DNA of 64,000 nt from the NCBI GenBank assembly GCA_040830765.1, contig JBFOMH010000021.1, positions 1 to 64,000 on the forward strand, in the 5' to 3' direction. This document shows, one piece after another, positions 60,108 to 64,000 of the stretch (within the stretch, counting starts at the first letter, position 1; each line of letters starts with the position of its first letter). This DNA is from Puniceicoccaceae bacterium. Its GTDB lineage: Bacteria > Verrucomicrobiota > Verrucomicrobiia > Opitutales > Oceanipulchritudinaceae. The position numbers and the translations under genes are program-made. Under the pieces are notes generated by a model. The model was not told the DNA's origin. It was given only the letters and a program-made list of their open reading frames with translations, and ran no database searches.

Positions 60108-60623
60108 TCAACTGCCAGCCCGTTTTACTTGAAAGTAACCCTGCAAGACTGCCTTGCACTCTGCTTCCAGAACACCGCCCTCGACCTCGACGCGGTGGTT
60201 CAGGTCCGGCAGCTCGTGCACCGCAGTGGCTCCTCCCATGCAGCCCATCTTGGGATCGGGAACGGCGTAGACAACATGCGACAACCGGGCCATGACGCTG
60301 GCGCCCGAGCACATCGGACAGGGTTCCTTGGTCACATAGAGCGTGGCTCCGTTGAGCCGCCAGTCGCCGATGACCTCCGTGGCCTGGGTGATGGCGAGAA
60401 TCTCGGCATGCGCGGTCGGGTCGTTGAGCGACTCCACCTGGTTGTAGGCGCGGGCGATGATTGCCCCGTTAAATTCAATCACCGCCCCGATTGGCACTTC
60501 GTTGGCTTTCCACGCCTTGAGGGATTCATTAAAGGCATGGGACATGTAATACGACCTGTCCCGGTGCAGCTCGGATGGGTGGAGCTTTTCAAAGGGGCAG
60601 GGCGGTGGTGGGTCGGTTTTCAT
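60108..60623 (-). CDS. tadA: tRNA adenosine(34) deaminase
   Basis: EVPIGAV, DPTAHAE, LYVTKEPCPMC, DPKMG, LNHR. Confidence 0.9.
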   Translation of the reverse strand: MKTDPPPPCPFEKLHPSELHRDRSYYMSHAFNESLKAWKANEVPIGAVIEFNGAIIARAYNQVESLNDPTAHAEILAITQATEVIGDWRLNGATLYVTKEPCPMCSGASVMARLSHVVYAVPDPKMGCMGGATAVHELPDLNHRVEVEGGVLEAECKAVLQGYFQVKRAGS

Positions 60624-60637
60624 GAAAGAATCCAATT

Positions 60638-60753
60638 TCAATCCCAATCCCCATTCCATTCGAGATTAAAATACGCTGAGGGGGGAGGATTAAGATCAAG
60701 ATTAAGGTTAAGACTAAGATTGGGATTGAGATTGGGATGGGGATTGGGATTGT
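60638..60753. repeat. Degenerate hexamer tandem repeat with an inverted partner
   Basis: Eleven GATTAA/GATTGG-like units at 60688-60753; complementary TCAATC CCAATC CCCATT CCATTC at 60638-60661. Confidence 0.8.
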
Positions 60754-60762
60754 AGGGGAAGG

Positions 60763-61548
60763 ATGGAGAGACGTGTGCAGCATATCCATATTCCCAAGTG
60801 TGCCGGGAACAGTGTTTTCAAGGCCATGCGGGAGGCCCTGCAACCGGACCGCACCCTGGTGCTTGATTCCATAGCCACATACCTTGCTGCGAGGAAACTG
60901 AAGCGATGCCGGAATGAGTTCGAGTTCGAGAGTCTGCACCTTGAGGTGAAGCAGGTCCTGTTGTCCTTTTATCTTGAGCAGGGCTATCCCATGATCAGCG
61001 GACACTTGCCATTCAGTCCCTTGTGCCACAGCCAGTTCAGTGATAGCACGGACTTCGTCACCATCCTCCGGGAGCCACTGGAGCGATTGAAGTCTCATGT
61101 GGCCTACCTGATATTTGCCCAGCCGCGGACCTCCGTGGAGGATTACTATACCGGCAAGGTGGATCCGGCCGACGAGGTGGTCCGCATCCTCCAACGGGAG
61201 GAGATCGGTATCTGGATGGCCCGATCCCTCACCGTCTACCTGGGTGGCCTCGGTATGGACGGCAAGGCTGACCTCAGTAATCGGGTCCCAAACGCCATCT
61301 CTTCCCTGGACAAGCTACAATTGGTCGGATTTGACCACGACATTCCCGGTTTTGCCCAGCGGTTCGAAAGCCTCTACAAGCGGCCTCTTTCAATTGGTCG
61401 GGAGAACACCATCCGCCAGGTCCAGGATGACCAGGACCTCCTCAAGCGGGTCTATGACGTATTCGAAGGCTCCATGAAAAAGGTAATCCAGGAAATGTCG
61501 GCAGACGATCTCGCCCTTTATGAATCGGCCCTGAGCAAGTGGGGTTGA
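60763..61548 (+). CDS. Sulfotransferase-family protein
   Basis: 5'-PSB HIPKCAGNS, ISGH, 3'-PB ILREPLERLKSH, D-LALYE. Confidence 0.85.
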   Translation: MERRVQHIHIPKCAGNSVFKAMREALQPDRTLVLDSIATYLAARKLKRCRNEFEFESLHLEVKQVLLSFYLEQGYPMISGHLPFSPLCHSQFSDSTDFVTILREPLERLKSHVAYLIFAQPRTSVEDYYTGKVDPADEVVRILQREEIGIWMARSLTVYLGGLGMDGKADLSNRVPNAISSLDKLQLVGFDHDIPGFAQRFESLYKRPLSIGRENTIRQVQDDQDLLKRVYDVFEGSMKKVIQEMSADDLALYESALSKWG

Positions 61549-61670
61549 GACCTTCTTGAATTCGTCGAGGCAGCTTCCTCTACCGGGTGGCTGCCGATTC
61601 ATAGCTTGACTTTAGTAGCGATCCAGCCAGTGATCTCCCTGCTTAATCAAACGAAATCCAGACCCATTAT

Positions 61671-61943
61671 ATGACCGAATCTGAAGTTGTAGAAGTTGAG
61701 GGCAAAGTTGCCGCCGTTCTCCCGGGTACCATGTTCCGGGTGGAATTGAAGAATGGACACCAGGTATTGGCCCACATCTCAGGAAAGCTGCGTAAGCATT
61801 TCATCAAGATCACGGTCGGGGACATGGTGAAAATGGAGATGACCCCGAAGGATATCGACAAGGCGCGTATCATCTACCGCCTCCGCAATGCTCCTTCGAA
61901 CCGGAACGCGCCGATCCGCAGTTTCGGGCCCCGCAAGCGCTGA
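61671..61943 (+). CDS. infA: Translation initiation factor IF-1
   Basis: [28 protein letters not shown]...GD.V..EMTP...ARIIYR; basic C-terminal extension. Confidence 0.97.
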   Translation: MTESEVVEVEGKVAAVLPGTMFRVELKNGHQVLAHISGKLRKHFIKITVGDMVKMEMTPKDIDKARIIYRLRNAPSNRNAPIRSFGPRKR

Positions 61944-62103
61944 CCAAAGCCCGCCCGAGGTATTCTGGGACTGGCTCCGCCCCGTATCTTGGGTTGTTTT
62001 CCCAATTTACTCTGGAAATATGGAATAAGCTATGGTAGCTTCAGCTTCACATTAGTAGAGAAACCTTTATTCACCAAGAACCCTGTATTTGGAAAGGACG
62101 GAA

Positions 62104-63072
62104 ATGAACCAGTTAGCGAGCAGTGTCATCGACACGATTGGAAATACTCCCCTGATTAAATTGAATGCGGCAGCGGACGGCTGCGTAGCGGACGTGTACG
62201 TGAAGTGCGAGTGGTTCAATCCGCTGGCGAGCGTGAAGGATCGGATTGCCAAGGCGATGATCGAGGCCGCGGAGGCGGACGGCCGCTTGAAGCCGGGAGG
62301 AATCGTCATTGAGCCGACGAGCGGCAACACGGGGATTGGTCTGGCCTTTGTCTGCCGGGCGAAGGGTTACCGTTGCCTGCTGACGATGCCGGAGACGATG
62401 TCGATGGAACGCAGGGTCCTGTTGGCCTTGCTGGGCGCGGAACTGGTCCTGACACCGGGACCGAAGGGGATGCCGGGAGCGATGGCCAAGGCACAGGAAC
62501 TGATTGATCAGTACGGTGATGAAGCATTTGGGCCGGGGCAGTTTGACAATCCCGCGAACCCGGAAGTGCACCGCCAGACGACAGCTGAGGAAATCTGGAC
62601 AGCTACGGATGGTGCAGTGGATATTTTCATGGCTGGCGTTGGTACCGGTGGAACCATCACCGGAGTGGGCGAGGTGCTGAAGTCCCGCAAGCCGGATGCG
62701 AAGATTATCGCCGTCGAGCCGGCTGCCAGTCCGGTAATCAGTGGTGGCCAGCCGGGTCCGCACAAGATCCAGGGGATCGGTGCCGGTTTCATTCCGAAGA
62801 ACCTGAACGTGGATGTCATCGATGACACGGTGACCGTGACGAACGAGGATGCCTTTGACATGGCCCGCAGTGTTTCCATTTCCGACGGCCTGGCTGTCGG
62901 TATTTCCTCGGGTGCGACCATATGGGCAGCCCTACAGGTAGCCAAGCGCCCGGAAAACAAGGGCAAGATGATTGTCGTGGTGGCGGCCAGTCCGAGTGAA
63001 CGCTACCTCAGCACACCCTTGGCGGAATCGGCCCGGGAATCGGCGGCAAAGCTCGAAACAGCCACCGTTTAG
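62104..63072 (+). CDS. cysK: Cysteine synthase A
   Basis: [44 protein letters not shown]. Confidence 0.96.
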   Translation: MNQLASSVIDTIGNTPLIKLNAAADGCVADVYVKCEWFNPLASVKDRIAKAMIEAAEADGRLKPGGIVIEPTSGNTGIGLAFVCRAKGYRCLLTMPETMSMERRVLLALLGAELVLTPGPKGMPGAMAKAQELIDQYGDEAFGPGQFDNPANPEVHRQTTAEEIWTATDGAVDIFMAGVGTGGTITGVGEVLKSRKPDAKIIAVEPAASPVISGGQPGPHKIQGIGAGFIPKNLNVDVIDDTVTVTNEDAFDMARSVSISDGLAVGISSGATIWAALQVAKRPENKGKMIVVVAASPSERYLSTPLAESARESAAKLETATV

Positions 63073-63102
63073 GCCCGCCACGGTTCCGTTAGAACACCTT
63101 TC

Positions 63103-63136
63103 AGACCGCCTGCAAATCGCAGGCGGTCTTTTTATT
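63103..63136 (+). terminator. cysK terminator
   Basis: AGACCGCCTGC-AAATC-GCAGGCGGTCT followed by TTTTATT. Confidence 0.85.
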
Positions 63137-63179
63137 GACGAGGCTTTACGGGAGGGGCAGTCGCCGATAGCTTAAATAC

Positions 63180-64000
63180 GTGGATTCGGTGATAGTATGG
63201 TTCAGGCAGGATTTGCGGTTAGCCGACAATCCGGCATGGCAGAAAGCGGTGGCCAGCGGTCGACCGGTCCTTCCGCTGTACATACATGCCCCTGATGAAG
63301 CTGGTCGCTGGAAGCCCGGCGGGGCTTCGCTGTGGTGGCTCCACCATGCCCTCGAAGACCTGCAATCGCAACTGAATGAGGCAGGGCTGCGCCTTATTCT
63401 GCGCAGCGGGGGCAGTGAAGAGGTTTTAAAGGAGTTAGTCGAGGAAACCTCGGCCAAGGCTGTCTATTGGAACCGTTGCTACGAGCCGCATCGTGTGCGC
63501 CTTGATGGCCAGATTAAGCGCTCCCTCAAGGACCACGGGGTGGATGCCTGGAGCGGCAACAGCTCATTGCTCTACGAGCCATGGGAAGTGGCCACGGGCG
63601 CTGGAAATCCCTACAAGGTCTACACGCCGTTTTCCAAGGCTTGTGCCAAACTGCCGACCAAAAGGCCGGTCAAGGTCGAAGGGGAGGCAGGTATTTCCGA
63701 TAGCTGGCCCGACTCATTGTCCCTGCAGTCCCTCGGATTGCTGCCGGAAATCGAATGGGACAAGGGGATGCGGGAGTTCTGGGATCCCACCCGGCAAGGC
63801 GGGCTTAATCGGATGCAGGCATTCCTGGATGATTGTGCCGGCGACTACGCCGAGGCACGCGACTACCCGGCGGTCGATGGTACCTCTCGCCTCTCGCCAT
63901 ACCTGCATTGGGGACAGCTTGGTCCCCGGGAGGTGGCGGCGGCCATTGAAGAGGCCGACAAAAGCCCGGGCAGGGATGTGTTTCACCGGGAAATCGTCTG
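63180..64000 (+). CDS. phrB: Class I DNA photolyase, partial (runs off window)
   Basis: Not in the ORF track. GTG at 63180: MDSVIVWFRQDLRLADNPA...GGASLWWLHHAL...VYWNRCYEP...PYKVYTPF...GTSRLSPYLHWG. Confidence 0.92.
   Translation, partial: MDSVIVWFRQDLRLADNPAWQKAVASGRPVLPLYIHAPDEAGRWKPGGASLWWLHHALEDLQSQLNEAGLRLILRSGGSEEVLKELVEETSAKAVYWNRCYEPHRVRLDGQIKRSLKDHGVDAWSGNSSLLYEPWEVATGAGNPYKVYTPFSKACAKLPTKRPVKVEGEAGISDSWPDSLSLQSLGLLPEIEWDKGMREFWDPTRQGGLNRMQAFLDDCAGDYAEARDYPAVDGTSRLSPYLHWGQLGPREVAAAIEEADKSPGRDVFHREIV

Overview
Bacterial DNA, GC-rich in the coding regions. PEP-CTERM proteins, the TonB-dependent receptor (TBDR) style, dnaK-groES-groEL order and hexamer intergenic repeats suggest Verrucomicrobiota (Opitutia/Puniceicoccales-like); this is inference. 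Three zones. (1) 1-6.8 kb: a tightly coupled minus-strand operon, CotH-kinase/lamin-tail protein - VTC (polyphosphate polymerase-like) - DUF4956 membrane protein - HlyD adaptor - TolC-like protein (truncated at a poor-quality window edge). (2) 7-44 kb: a large locus for a sulfated, rhamnose-rich polysaccharide (ulvan-like): 2x GH78, GH106, GH42, GH43, GH3, two sulfatases, two BNR-4 lyase-like proteins, a heparinase II/III-like protein, a TBDR without SusD, TonB, an SSS transporter and a LacI regulator, with a shared operator-like motif. (3) 45-64 kb: tRNA-fMet and mostly housekeeping genes (gltS, mtaB, dnaK-groES-groEL, sodA, tadA, infA, cysK, photolyase). Best leads: a ~55-aa Trp/Tyr-rich C-terminal domain on six otherwise unrelated secreted proteins (candidate sorting or surface-anchoring system); the CotH-VTC-DUF4956-HlyD-TolC operon (candidate phosphate-polymer export or extracellular phosphorylation machine); a full sigma54 enhancer architecture before dnaK; and one gene split by an in-frame TAG. 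No CRISPR array, integrase or transposase was seen. All family calls come from motif recognition, not database searches.
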